A stretch of DNA of 64,000 nt from Candidatus Marinacidobacterales bacterium (GTDB taxonomy: Bacteria; Acidobacteriota; Vicinamibacteria; Marinacidobacterales; DATDRI01), in NCBI GenBank assembly GCA_965226495.1, contig OZ245365.1:512001-576000 (forward strand). The letters are read 5' to 3'. A program made the translations under genes and the position numbers. The notes under the pieces are model-generated. The model saw nothing but the letters and a program-made list of their open reading frames with translations, ran no database searches and had not been told where the DNA came from. Below, piece by piece: positions 47,390 to 56,481 of the stretch (position 1 is the first letter of the stretch; every line of letters starts with the position of its first letter).

Positions 47390-48250
47390 ATGAGGGCCCC
47401 AATGTTTATCGTGTCTACGACGCTTGTCCTGGGAATCGCGTTGCTCGTCTCCTGCGCGCCGTCGCAGAGGGACGCACCTCCCCCGTCGGTCGTGGAAGCA
47501 CTGGCGGCGGGAAATTATTCGCTAGTCGATCTGTCCCACCCGTATTACGAAGGTGCACCTGAGTTTGTGGCTCCTCCGGGTTTGGGGCAGGGAGTTCTCT
47601 TCAAGAAGACCGAAATCGCCAGGTGGGACGAGCGGGGAGCGAACACTTGGTACTGGAACTGGTACCAGATGACGGAGCACGCTGGGACCCACACCGACGC
47701 TCCGAACCATTGGTTTTCCGGCAAAGACAAAGAGTCGATCGACGAGATTCCCATCGACCGCCTGGTTGCCCCCGCGGTCGTCGTAGATGTGAAGGCCAAG
47801 GCCGCAGCGGATCCGGACTATACGCTAGCGGTCGATGATCTCGAGGCGTGGGAGCAGGCGCACGGTGAGATCCCTGCGGGCGCCATCGTGATCATGAACA
47901 GCGGCTGGGGTGACAAGTATTCTGATCTCCAAGCGTTTCTCGGTCTCGACGAGGGGGGAGGACTACACTTCCCGGGATTCTCCCCGGACGCCGCTAGATG
48001 GCTCTTGGAGAACCGTGACATCAACGCGCTCGCGTCCGATTCCCTCGCCACCGACGCGCTCGGTGTATCGATGGGCACCGACCCGCCGCACCAGGTGCAT
48101 ATCGAAATGCACCGGGCAGGAAAGTATCAGATTGAGATGATCGCGAACCTGGATACGCTTCCCGCCGCCGGGGCGTGGTTGGTTGTGGCGCCCATGAAGT
48201 TTCAGGGGGGCGGTGGAGCCGGTAGCCGAATTTTCGGGATTCTGCCGTAG
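47390..48250 (+). CDS. Cyclase family lipoprotein
   Basis: Lipobox LVSC; DLSH, EHAGTHTDAPNH, LHFPG, ANLD; GGAGGAGG RBS. Confidence 0.9.
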   Translation: MRAPMFIVSTTLVLGIALLVSCAPSQRDAPPPSVVEALAAGNYSLVDLSHPYYEGAPEFVAPPGLGQGVLFKKTEIARWDERGANTWYWNWYQMTEHAGTHTDAPNHWFSGKDKESIDEIPIDRLVAPAVVVDVKAKAAADPDYTLAVDDLEAWEQAHGEIPAGAIVIMNSGWGDKYSDLQAFLGLDEGGGLHFPGFSPDAARWLLENRDINALASDSLATDALGVSMGTDPPHQVHIEMHRAGKYQIEMIANLDTLPAAGAWLVVAPMKFQGGGGAGSRIFGILP

Positions 48251-48255
48251 GCACC

Positions 48256-48921
48256 ATGCCGTTCGGCTGGTTCAAGAGCGATCGGTCGGGAGAGGCCAGC
48301 TATCACTGCGAGTTAGGCGCTGAGGCTCTCCAAGCCGGGGATCTCGACACCGCCATTGATTCCTATCGCAAGGCCCTCGAGCGCGATCCGAATCACGCCG
48401 TCGCGTTTCACGGATTAGGAATTGCCCACCTCGCAAGCGACGAGCTAGGGGAAGCCGTGACGTCGTTTCGGAGGGCGGCTGAACTTACGTCCGACCCCGG
48501 GGACGTCCTCCTATTGCTCGGGTTCGCGCTCATACAAAAGTCCGATTTCGATGAGGCTCTATTGGTTTACCAGCGCGCCGCCGAGCTCAGACCGGACCGG
48601 CCGGACGCCCACTTCGGTCTCGGTGTTGGCTTGGCTCGACAAGATCGAGCCGCCGAATCCGCGGAAGCATTCGGTCGAGCCATAGCGCTCAAGCCAGAAG
48701 ACGCCGAGGCACATAACAACCTCGCGGTAGTGCTGGTCGCTCTCGATCGGGTTGATGAAGCGGTCTCTTCTTATCGGCGAGCCATCGATCTCCAACCCAA
48801 GCACGCCGAGGCGCACCACGGCTTGGGTGTGTGTCTCCAAAAGCAAGGCAAGGATGAGGAATCCGAGCGCGAGTTTCAGCTAGCGCATCGGCTCGATCCC
48901 AGCTTGAACGAGCCTTCCTAG
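48256..48921 (+). CDS. Tetratricopeptide repeat protein
   Basis: About six TPR motifs (A...LG......G....A...Y..A....P). Confidence 0.9.
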   Translation: MPFGWFKSDRSGEASYHCELGAEALQAGDLDTAIDSYRKALERDPNHAVAFHGLGIAHLASDELGEAVTSFRRAAELTSDPGDVLLLLGFALIQKSDFDEALLVYQRAAELRPDRPDAHFGLGVGLARQDRAAESAEAFGRAIALKPEDAEAHNNLAVVLVALDRVDEAVSSYRRAIDLQPKHAEAHHGLGVCLQKQGKDEESEREFQLAHRLDPSLNEPS

Positions 48922-48954
48922 TGGAGTGTAACGGGCGAATCTTGGTCCTTTTTT

Positions 48955-48989
48955 CCCTCTCCCCTTTGGGGAGAGGGTAGGGTGAGGGG
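48955..48989. repeat. REP-like CCCTCTCCC/GGGAGAGGG hairpin element
   Basis: CCCTCTCCCC-TTT-GGGGAGAGGG-TAGGGTGAGGGG between convergent genes. Confidence 0.7.
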
Positions 48990-49024
48990 TCAGACGAGCC
49001 AAGCTCACTCCTGGCGTTGCTAGG

Positions 49025-50329
49025 CTAGGCGCTTTTGGGCAGCCCCTTCTTCGCAACGTGCTCCATGACGTTACAGAAATAGTCCAGTTCCTCGAGCGTG
49101 GAGAAGAGATTGGGCGTGACCCGAAGCCCCTGGAAGTCCTCTCGTAATATCGGGGCGACGATGATGTAGTGCTTGTCCCAAAGATACTCGCCCAGGGCTT
49201 TGGTATCGACTCCGATGATCTCCACCGTAGCGATCGCGCAACTCATTTCCGGTTTCAATGACGTATGGAGGCGTACGTTAGAGAGTTGCTGTAACCTTTC
49301 CGCCCAGTAGTGCTGGAGATAGCGCAGCCGAGCCTCCTTCCGCTCCGAGCCGATCGTATTATGGAAGGTGAGCGCTTCGCCGGTAGCGACTTCGTTGGCG
49401 GCGGGGTGCGTGCCGATCTCTTCGAACTTCCGGATGTCGTCGGCCATTTTCTCCGGTGCGGCCATGAGCGGCCAGATTTTCTTGATCTTGTCCCGCCGCA
49501 CGTACAGCATCCCTGTCCCTTTGGGAGCGAGAAGCCACTTGTGAAGGCTGGTGCCGAAATAGTCGCAACCCAGATCGGATTGGGTGAAGGCGAACTGGGC
49601 GAAGGAGTGCGCTCCGTCGACGATGACCTCGATGCCGCGCGAGCTCGCGAGCTCGACGATCTGCTTCACGGGAAAGATTTGCCCGGTGATGTTTACTTGA
49701 TGACTCACCAGAATTAATTTGGTCCGGGGAGTGATGGCACGGGCGAACGCTTCCACCAGGACATCCGTATCTTCGGTTGGCGTCGCGACGGGAAACAGCT
49801 TGATGTCGATCCCTTCGCGCCGGCGCCTTTGCTCGAGGGTGGTCAGCATGCGAGGGTAGTCATGCTCCGAGGTCACGACCTCGTCCCCGGACTGCAAGTC
49901 GAATCCGTTCAGCAAGATTTCGAGTGCCTCTGAAGCGTTACGCACCAGCGCGATTTCCTCACGATCACACCCGAATAACTCGGCTAATCCGCTTCGAACG
50001 ACTTCCCGGCGGGGCTCTAGGATTTGCCACATCGTGTAGACGGGTGCTTCTTCTTGCTCCCAGATGTAGCGCACCAGAGCCTCGGTGACGATGCGTGGAG
50101 AGGGGCAAACGCCACCACTGTTAAGATTGATGAGACTCCGGGTCACGGTAAACGCTTGTTGGATATCCCGCCAGTAGGCTTCGTCTTTTGCCGCCTCGAC
50201 CGGGCTGATACCCGCCAAGCGGCGCGACGAGGCTTCGACGCGGCGCATCGCCTCAGGCCCGAAGAACGTACCTACCGTCGCCGCTCCGAATCCCTTGCCT
50301 AGCGTCCCTAGAAAGCTCCGTCTTTCCAT
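49025..50329 (-). CDS. Aminotransferase class V (isopenicillin N epimerase-like), Tat signal
   Basis: MERRSFL, NLNSGG, VDGAH, SLHKWLLAP, FEEIGT. Confidence 0.9.
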   Translation of the reverse strand: MERRSFLGTLGKGFGAATVGTFFGPEAMRRVEASSRRLAGISPVEAAKDEAYWRDIQQAFTVTRSLINLNSGGVCPSPRIVTEALVRYIWEQEEAPVYTMWQILEPRREVVRSGLAELFGCDREEIALVRNASEALEILLNGFDLQSGDEVVTSEHDYPRMLTTLEQRRRREGIDIKLFPVATPTEDTDVLVEAFARAITPRTKLILVSHQVNITGQIFPVKQIVELASSRGIEVIVDGAHSFAQFAFTQSDLGCDYFGTSLHKWLLAPKGTGMLYVRRDKIKKIWPLMAAPEKMADDIRKFEEIGTHPAANEVATGEALTFHNTIGSERKEARLRYLQHYWAERLQQLSNVRLHTSLKPEMSCAIATVEIIGVDTKALGEYLWDKHYIIVAPILREDFQGLRVTPNLFSTLEELDYFCNVMEHVAKKGLPKSA

Positions 50330-50390
50330 TTTTGTCCCTCCCAAATATCCCGGGGAGGTTATATCATCATTGGCAGACAGAGAAGGAAGC

Positions 50391-51065
50391 ATGCGCAAGC
50401 TCGTTTTGGTCAAGCATTCGCTTCCCGAGATTCGGCCTGATCGCCGAGCGGCGGAATGGGTCTTGACCGAGGAGGGGCGCAAACGGGCCGCCGCCATCGC
50501 CCGACGAATTGCCCTCCACGAACCGGCTGTGATCGGGGCTAGCAACGAGCCCAAGGCCACCGAAACGGCGGAGATCATTGCGCGCGAGCTGGGCCGGCTG
50601 GGCCACCTGGGCCACCTGGGCCACCTGGGCCACCTGGGCCACCTGGGCCACCTGGGCCACCTGGGCCACCTGGGCCACCTGGGCCACCTGGGCCACCTGG
50701 GAATGTCCGTCGAAGTCTTCGAAGGCCTCCACGAGCAGGAGCGAGGGAGCGTGGAGCTTCTCCCTGGTGGGGAGTTCGAAAGCGCGGTGGCGGAGCTATT
50801 CGCCCGGCCCGAGGAGTTGGTCTTCGGCGACGAGACGGCGACACAGGCGCTCACTCGATTTCGCGAAGCGGTGGATCGCTTCCTGGAGACTCACCCCGAC
50901 GAAAACGTCGTCCTGATTTCCCATGGCCGTGTCATCACCCTTTTGGTGGCCGACTACGCTGGAGTCGATCCCTTCCCCTTTTGGCGACGGCTGGGCCTCC
51001 CGTCGTTTGTGGTGGTGTCTCTGCCGGAGAGGAAAATACTGGAAGTCGTCGAGTCCGTGTTATAG
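50391..51065 (+). CDS. Histidine phosphatase family protein with (GHL)11 insertion
   Basis: LVLVKHS, LTEEG, KATETA, GLHE, GDET, LISHG. Confidence 0.85.
   Translation: MRKLVLVKHSLPEIRPDRRAAEWVLTEEGRKRAAAIARRIALHEPAVIGASNEPKATETAEIIARELGRLGHLGHLGHLGHLGHLGHLGHLGHLGHLGHLGHLGMSVEVFEGLHEQERGSVELLPGGEFESAVAELFARPEELVFGDETATQALTRFREAVDRFLETHPDENVVLISHGRVITLLVADYAGVDPFPFWRRLGLPSFVVVSLPERKILEVVESVL
50592..50699 (+). repeat. Coding VNTR (GGCCACCTG)x11 plus one degenerate copy
   Basis: Exact 9-bp units at 50601-50699; GGCCGGCTG at 50592-50600. Confidence 0.95.
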
Positions 51066-53591
51066 CCAGAACTCGGTGCGGATGAAGCGGATGATGTCTC
51101 GACTGAGGACGTGGGCGATGACCGTCCAGCCGCAGTAGATCTTCGCAATACCCGTCATGCCCGGCTTCAGTGTGCGATCTTCATTGTCCATGCTGGCACG
51201 AATGAGGATCGTCGAAGTCTTTTCGCCTTCCGCAGCGATGGGAGCGATCTCCGCGACTTCGGCGTGAAAGCTTCGATGCGGGTAACCCCTCACCTTAAAC
51301 TTGACCGGATAACCGATCTCAATGGCGTCGATCTCCTTTTCCGGCACCGGCATTTCGAGGATGACGTGCTCGTCGTTCACGATCTCGCAAACGACGTCGC
51401 CTTCCTCCAAGAATTCGCCCAGTTTTTCCTGGAAACGGTAGGTGGTCAGGGTGCCGGAAATGGGTGCGAAAACACGGCTGCGGCTCAAGAGATCTTCTAA
51501 CTGAGCTAACTCGGCTTCGAACCGTTGGATGACCGCCCGCTGAGCGTCTGCATCGCGCAGGTGCAAGACCTCGATCTGCTCGTTACGGCTCGCGCGACGG
51601 GTCTTCCGCGCCAACTGCAACTCGGCCTCTTGTTGGCGCTGTTCGCTCGAAGCCCGCTCAAGTTCGGCCTGGTCTTGGTCGAACTGTTCCCGCGCCACCA
51701 AGCCGTTGGCCCAGAGCTGCTGCGTCCTTTCGAAGTCCTGTTTGGCTTTCGCCGTCTCAGCCTCCGCCGTTTCTAGGGCACGTTCCTCGACGCGAATTTC
51801 TTCCTTCCAGGTGGGGTTGAGTTTTTCTAGAAGCCGGAGCTCTTCCTGCGCCCCGTTGAGCTCGGCTTGCTTGGTCTCTTTGTCGAGGGCGAGAGACCTC
51901 GAGTCGTACTCGAGCAGGAGGTCTCCTTTCTCTACCTGCTCTCCTTCCGAGAAGGCGATGCGGGCAATCCGCCCGTCGGCGGGGGCACGCACTGTGGCGC
52001 GACCTTCCGGCAAAACATGGAGCTCGCTAGCGATGCGAAGCTGCCAAGGGCAAAATGCGATGGCCAATAGCAGGACTCCCCAAAAGAGAACGAACCGGGA
52101 ACGTCGTCGCTTCTTGCCGAGGTCTTCCCACTTTTCCTTGCCGACCGAGTGTGCGCTCGATGCGGCTTCCGAGGCCGGCTTGTGCAGAAGGCCGACCATC
52201 GCGAGGGCGAAAAAGCCCAGACCGCTCGAGCCGAACTCTTCGAAGGCCCAGCTACCCGACCAAAACGCGATGTATCCTAAGAGAAGTGCGGTATAGGTGA
52301 GCGCCGCGGCGCCGAAGAGGGTCACGAACCGATCCCCGCGGAGCGAAAGAATGTTACGTCCCGCCAGTTCGGGTCGCGGTGGCTCGGTGGAGAGATTCAA
52401 AACGAAGCGTCGGAAGAACCGGCCGAGACCGGAGAGGGCCTCTTTGCGAAGGTTGGCGATGCCCAGGTAATCCGCCAGCAGGTAGTAGCCGTCCAGCTTG
52501 ATGAGCGGGTTGAAATTGAAGAGCGTCTTGACCGCTCCCACGCCCACGATGATGAAAAAGACTCGAGACAGGAAAGCCTCCGGGGCCGCGAGCCGCCACG
52601 CCAAAACCGCTAATGCCCAGATGAAGAGCTCGAAAAACCCGCCCGCGAAGATCACCCAGAGCCGTTGCCGTTTCTCCTTGAACAGGTAGGTGTCGCTCAC
52701 GTTGCAGTAAAAGCACGGCACGAAGTACATCAAGAGAAAGCCCATGTCTTGCACTCGGCCGCCGAAGTGGCGACAGGTGACGGCATGAGCGAGCTCGTGA
52801 AGCGCGGTGACGATGGAAACGCTGATGTAGATGAGCAGCAAGCTTTCGACGCTGAAGATCGTTTCGAGACTAAAGACCAAGCTTTCGCGATTCGTAAACG
52901 CGACCCCGACCGAAGCTGCGACGGTTCCAATCATCAAGGCAACGAAACCAGGGGTCAGGCACCACCTGACTTTCGGGTAGAGCCAATCCAAAAACTTCTC
53001 AGGGTGAACGAGGGGGAGCTTCAAGAAGAGAACCTTCGACCACCAGCTCCTTTCCTGGCCGGCAGCCGGGGGCGCGAAGTGCCCTCCGACCGCGGAGCGG
53101 TTTTGGTCGACGAGGAGTCCGAGGTCGACGAACTTCTGCGCGAAGCGGCCTAGAACCTCCGGTCCGACGAGGACCTTATGGGTGTCCGAAGCGCGGCGCC
53201 GTACGTCCTCGAAGGTCGTCTGACCGTCGAATTGTGTGATCAGAAAATGCTCTAGCGCTTTCACTCGGAAGAACCGTTGTTGCACCGGATCCTTGATGAC
53301 GAAGTACGTCGTTCCCTCTTCTTCGACCTCCTGCATCACGAGGTCCGACCTGAGGGCAAGCGCCTTGCCAGAAGGCTCTTGCGTGGCGTCGAGCACCGGC
53401 CGGGCGTCGCCAGGTTGATCTTGGTCCGACCCCTGGTGCGCGAGGCGGAAGGTGAGGCCGCACCCCGGGCAGTGGATCCCCGAGGGAAACCGCCCCGCAT
53501 CCAAATGGATTTCACGGGAGCAGCGTTTACAGCGGACCGTATCTTCTGTCGCCGACACCGAGTTCCCTTCCGTCAAGTCATGCTTCGGCAA
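51060..53591 (-). CDS. Zinc ribbon + PqqD/RRE-like + M50 metalloprotease + HlyD adaptor fusion
   Basis: CKRC...CPGC; VIKDP..RFFR...FDG.TT; HELAH and NFNPLIKLDGY; VRAPADG...GEQVEKGD, coiled coil, APISG, LKPGMTG. Confidence 0.88.
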   Translation of the reverse strand: MPKHDLTEGNSVSATEDTVRCKRCSREIHLDAGRFPSGIHCPGCGLTFRLAHQGSDQDQPGDARPVLDATQEPSGKALALRSDLVMQEVEEEGTTYFVIKDPVQQRFFRVKALEHFLITQFDGQTTFEDVRRRASDTHKVLVGPEVLGRFAQKFVDLGLLVDQNRSAVGGHFAPPAAGQERSWWSKVLFLKLPLVHPEKFLDWLYPKVRWCLTPGFVALMIGTVAASVGVAFTNRESLVFSLETIFSVESLLLIYISVSIVTALHELAHAVTCRHFGGRVQDMGFLLMYFVPCFYCNVSDTYLFKEKRQRLWVIFAGGFFELFIWALAVLAWRLAAPEAFLSRVFFIIVGVGAVKTLFNFNPLIKLDGYYLLADYLGIANLRKEALSGLGRFFRRFVLNLSTEPPRPELAGRNILSLRGDRFVTLFGAAALTYTALLLGYIAFWSGSWAFEEFGSSGLGFFALAMVGLLHKPASEAASSAHSVGKEKWEDLGKKRRRSRFVLFWGVLLLAIAFCPWQLRIASELHVLPEGRATVRAPADGRIARIAFSEGEQVEKGDLLLEYDSRSLALDKETKQAELNGAQEELRLLEKLNPTWKEEIRVEERALETAEAETAKAKQDFERTQQLWANGLVAREQFDQDQAELERASSEQRQQEAELQLARKTRRASRNEQIEVLHLRDADAQRAVIQRFEAELAQLEDLLSRSRVFAPISGTLTTYRFQEKLGEFLEEGDVVCEIVNDEHVILEMPVPEKEIDAIEIGYPVKFKVRGYPHRSFHAEVAEIAPIAAEGEKTSTILIRASMDNEDRTLKPGMTGIAKIYCGWTVIAHVLSRDIIRFIRTEFWL

Positions 53592-53741
53592 TGGGATGTG
53601 TCTGAGGCGACCTATTTTAGGTGAAATCCGACCGGAGGGACAAGCGGAAAAGGCAAGCCTCCGGGGGGGCGTCTCTAAACTATTGAAAAAAGGTGGTCTA
53701 TTCCGTATAGTTATCGGCTCGAGTCATTGAAAGTCGTTCAT

Positions 53742-53981
53742 ATGCCACAGAGTCGGTCTCGTCGCGCCTGGAAGCGATGGAAGGTCATCGCCAAGAAGAT
53801 TGGGGCCTTTCAGAGTCGCGTGATTTTGACGCTCTTCTATCTCTTGATAGTTCCGGTGTTCGCTCTCATCGTAAAGCTCTTCAAGGATCCTCTCCATCTG
53901 CGGTCGCGCGAGGGTGAGTCCTATTGGCTCGAGCGGAAGACCCCTCACCCGGACGAGTCCACGGCCGGGAGGCAGTTCTAG
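53742..53981 (+). CDS. SxtJ-like small membrane protein
   Basis: W......IG...SRVILTLFY....P......KDPL...YW....QF, directly before the carbamoyltransferase. Confidence 0.8.
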   Translation: MPQSRSRRAWKRWKVIAKKIGAFQSRVILTLFYLLIVPVFALIVKLFKDPLHLRSREGESYWLERKTPHPDESTAGRQF

Positions 53982-53986
53982 CTGGC

Positions 53987-55771
53987 ATGTACGTCCTGGG
54001 TCTCTCTTGCTTTTTCCATGATTCTGCCGCGGCACTCCTGAAAGACGGAGTCCTGGTTGCGGCCGCGGAGGAGGAACGGTTTACTCGAAAGAAGCACGAT
54101 TACGATTTCCCGGCCAACGCCATCCAGTTCGTTTTGGATTTTGAAGGCATCAGCCCGGGAGATCTGGACTACGTCGCGTTCTTCGAAAAGCCCTTCCAGA
54201 AGTTCGAGCGGATTCTCATGACGTCGCTGCAGATGTTTCCGTGGGCGCTCCCTGTCTTCCGCGAGGCGATGATCGCTTGGATGTTGGATAAGCTGTGGGT
54301 GAGCGCGCTCATCACCGAGAGGATCGGTGTGCCGCGGGAAAAGATTCTGTTCTCCGAACATCACCTGTCCCACGCTGCGAGCGCCTATCTTTGCTCTCCT
54401 TTCGATGAAGCGGCCATTCTCACCGTCGACGGGGTCGGCGAGTGGGCCACCGCGAGCTACGGAGTCGGTCGCGGAAACGACATCCAGCTCCATCGTCAGA
54501 TCGAGTTTCCGCACTCATTGGGATTGCTCTATAGCGTCTTCACTGCCTTCCTCGGGTTTCAGGTCAACGAAGGGGAATACAAGGTGATGGGGATGGCTCC
54601 CTACGGGGAGCCTCGATACGTCGACAAGGTCTACAAACTGATTCAGAAGAGCGGCGACGGGTCGTTTCGTCTCAACATGAAGTACTTCTCCTTCCATTAC
54701 TCCGACAAGAAGTCCTTCAATCATCGTTTCGTTGAGCTCTTTGGCGAGCCGCGTCCTTCCGATCTTCTCTTTTTTACCAAGGACTCGGGATTCCCGAGCT
54801 ACTTCGGAGAGCCGCCCGCAAACTACGACGAGCTCTGTCTTTCCAACCAACACTATGCAGACATCGCGGCTAGCATTCAGCGAGTGACGGAGGAAATTCT
54901 CCTCGACATGGCGAATCATCTGCATCGAGAGACGGGGCTTCGAAGACTCTGCATGGCGGGCGGAGTCGCGCTCAACAGCGTTGCCAACGGTCGCATCCTT
55001 CGAGAAACGCCCTTCGAGGAGCTCTTCATTCAGCCGTCCGCCGGGGACGGAGGGGGTGCTCTCGGCGCAGCGCTCTGGGCCTACAACACGCTTTTGGGCA
55101 AACCGCGCCAATTCGTTCTCGAACACGCGTTTTGGGGAAAGTCATACTCTGATTCCGAAGTAAAGACTTTCCTCGACGACGAGGGCATCCGGTACGAGCG
55201 GCTAGAGGAGGATCGCCTCATCGACCGCACCGTCGACGCGCTCCAGGCCGGTGAGGTCATCGGTTGGTACCAGGGTCGGTTCGAGTGGGGGCCGCGCGCC
55301 CTAGGGCATCGATCGATCATTGCGGATCCTCGTCGGGCGGACATGAAGGACACCGTCAATACCAAGATCAAGTTTCGGGAGCCCTATCGTCCGTTCGCAC
55401 CCGCCGTGTTGAGCGGGCATGTCGACGAATACTTCGACGCGCCGGGGGTCAAGAACCTAGAGCAGCAGTATCCGGGGCGGTTCATGTTGCTCGTTTTCGA
55501 CATCAAGCCATCGAAGCACGACGTCATCCCCGCCGTCACCCACGTGGATGGAACCGGTCGCCTACAAACTGTGGTTAGGGATGGCAATTCACGGTACCAT
55601 GACGTCATCGCACGCTTCGGAGATGCCACCGGCGTGCCGATTATCATGAACACCTCGTTCAATCTTCGCGGTGAGCCGATAGTGAATACGCCGCAACAGG
55701 CCTATTCGACGTTCAGCCGGAGCGGCATGGACCGGCTGGTGTTGGGCAACTACATGGTTGAAAAGGAGTGA
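53987..55771 (+). CDS. Carbamoyltransferase (NodU/CmcH family)
   Basis: HDSAAAL, EEERFTRKKH, HHLSHA, DGVGE, AGGVALN, EWGPRALG, KFRE..RPFAP, NTSFN. Confidence 0.95.
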   Translation: MYVLGLSCFFHDSAAALLKDGVLVAAAEEERFTRKKHDYDFPANAIQFVLDFEGISPGDLDYVAFFEKPFQKFERILMTSLQMFPWALPVFREAMIAWMLDKLWVSALITERIGVPREKILFSEHHLSHAASAYLCSPFDEAAILTVDGVGEWATASYGVGRGNDIQLHRQIEFPHSLGLLYSVFTAFLGFQVNEGEYKVMGMAPYGEPRYVDKVYKLIQKSGDGSFRLNMKYFSFHYSDKKSFNHRFVELFGEPRPSDLLFFTKDSGFPSYFGEPPANYDELCLSNQHYADIAASIQRVTEEILLDMANHLHRETGLRRLCMAGGVALNSVANGRILRETPFEELFIQPSAGDGGGALGAALWAYNTLLGKPRQFVLEHAFWGKSYSDSEVKTFLDDEGIRYERLEEDRLIDRTVDALQAGEVIGWYQGRFEWGPRALGHRSIIADPRRADMKDTVNTKIKFREPYRPFAPAVLSGHVDEYFDAPGVKNLEQQYPGRFMLLVFDIKPSKHDVIPAVTHVDGTGRLQTVVRDGNSRYHDVIARFGDATGVPIIMNTSFNLRGEPIVNTPQQAYSTFSRSGMDRLVLGNYMVEKE

Positions 55772-55776
55772 GGTAG

Positions 55777-55959
55777 GTGGGAAAGGCCATAGAGTCAGCG
55801 GGACGCAAGGTGAGAATCATGCAGGAGCTGATGGCGTTCCTTTGGGAGCGGAAGCTCTGGTGGATGATGCCCATGGTGTTGACCTTGCTGCTCTTCGGGA
55901 TGTTGATTTTGTTTGCCGAGTCGTCTGCGGTCGCGCCGTTCATTTACACACTGTTCTAG
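55777..55959 (+). CDS. DUF5989 (SxtK-like) small membrane protein
   Basis: FLWERKLWWMMP...SSAVAPFIYTLF. Confidence 0.88.
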   Translation: MGKAIESAGRKVRIMQELMAFLWERKLWWMMPMVLTLLLFGMLILFAESSAVAPFIYTLF

Positions 55960-55991
55960 GTTAGCTGCGAGACGCGAGCCCCCGGTCGATA

Positions 55992-56426
55992 ATGCCGATA
56001 ATGCTCGATAAGGACAAACTCCAAGGTGAGGTCGTCCCCGTACCTCAAGGCGCCCTGAGTGACGATCCGCGCGTCATTATTAGTAGTGACACGCTTCGGC
56101 AGAATCGGATCCCCCCAAATCAGGCCCGAACCAAGAAATGGCCGGTCCTGGACGCCTTTGGGGTTCCCAGCGACGATCGCGAGACCTGGCGTTTCGAGAT
56201 CAAGGGGCTCGTGCAAACCCCGGTCTCCTTGTATTGCCACGACGGACAACCTCTACCTTCGCACCACGGCGGACCGGTTCGGTTAGTCGTACCCCAGCTC
56301 TACGCTTGGAAGAGCGCCAAGTGGGTCAAGGGTTTCGAGCTCTTTGCGGAAGACCAAGCCGGCTACTGGGAGCGCGGTGGTTATCACATGCGCGGCGACC
56401 CGTGGAAGGAAGAGCGGTTTCGCTGA
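55992..56426 (+). pseudogene. Sulfite oxidase-like molybdopterin oxidoreductase with in-frame internal deletion
   Basis: [47 protein letters not shown]. The FHCVT segment with the Mo-ligating Cys is absent. Confidence 0.75.
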
Positions 56427-56481
56427 CGAATCCGTCTCGGCCCCGCCTGCCTGCGAGCCGCGAATCGCGTAGAAGAGCCCC

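Noticed and set aside
50330-50916. Alternative-frame ORFs with PRW, WAT, VAQ or GGP repeats
   Set aside because: Shadows of the stop-free 9-bp repeat; the aminotransferase starts at 50329 with a Tat motif.
53742-55959. Saxitoxin biosynthesis
   Set aside because: Only sxtI/J/K-like genes are present; no sxtA, sxtG or other core genes.
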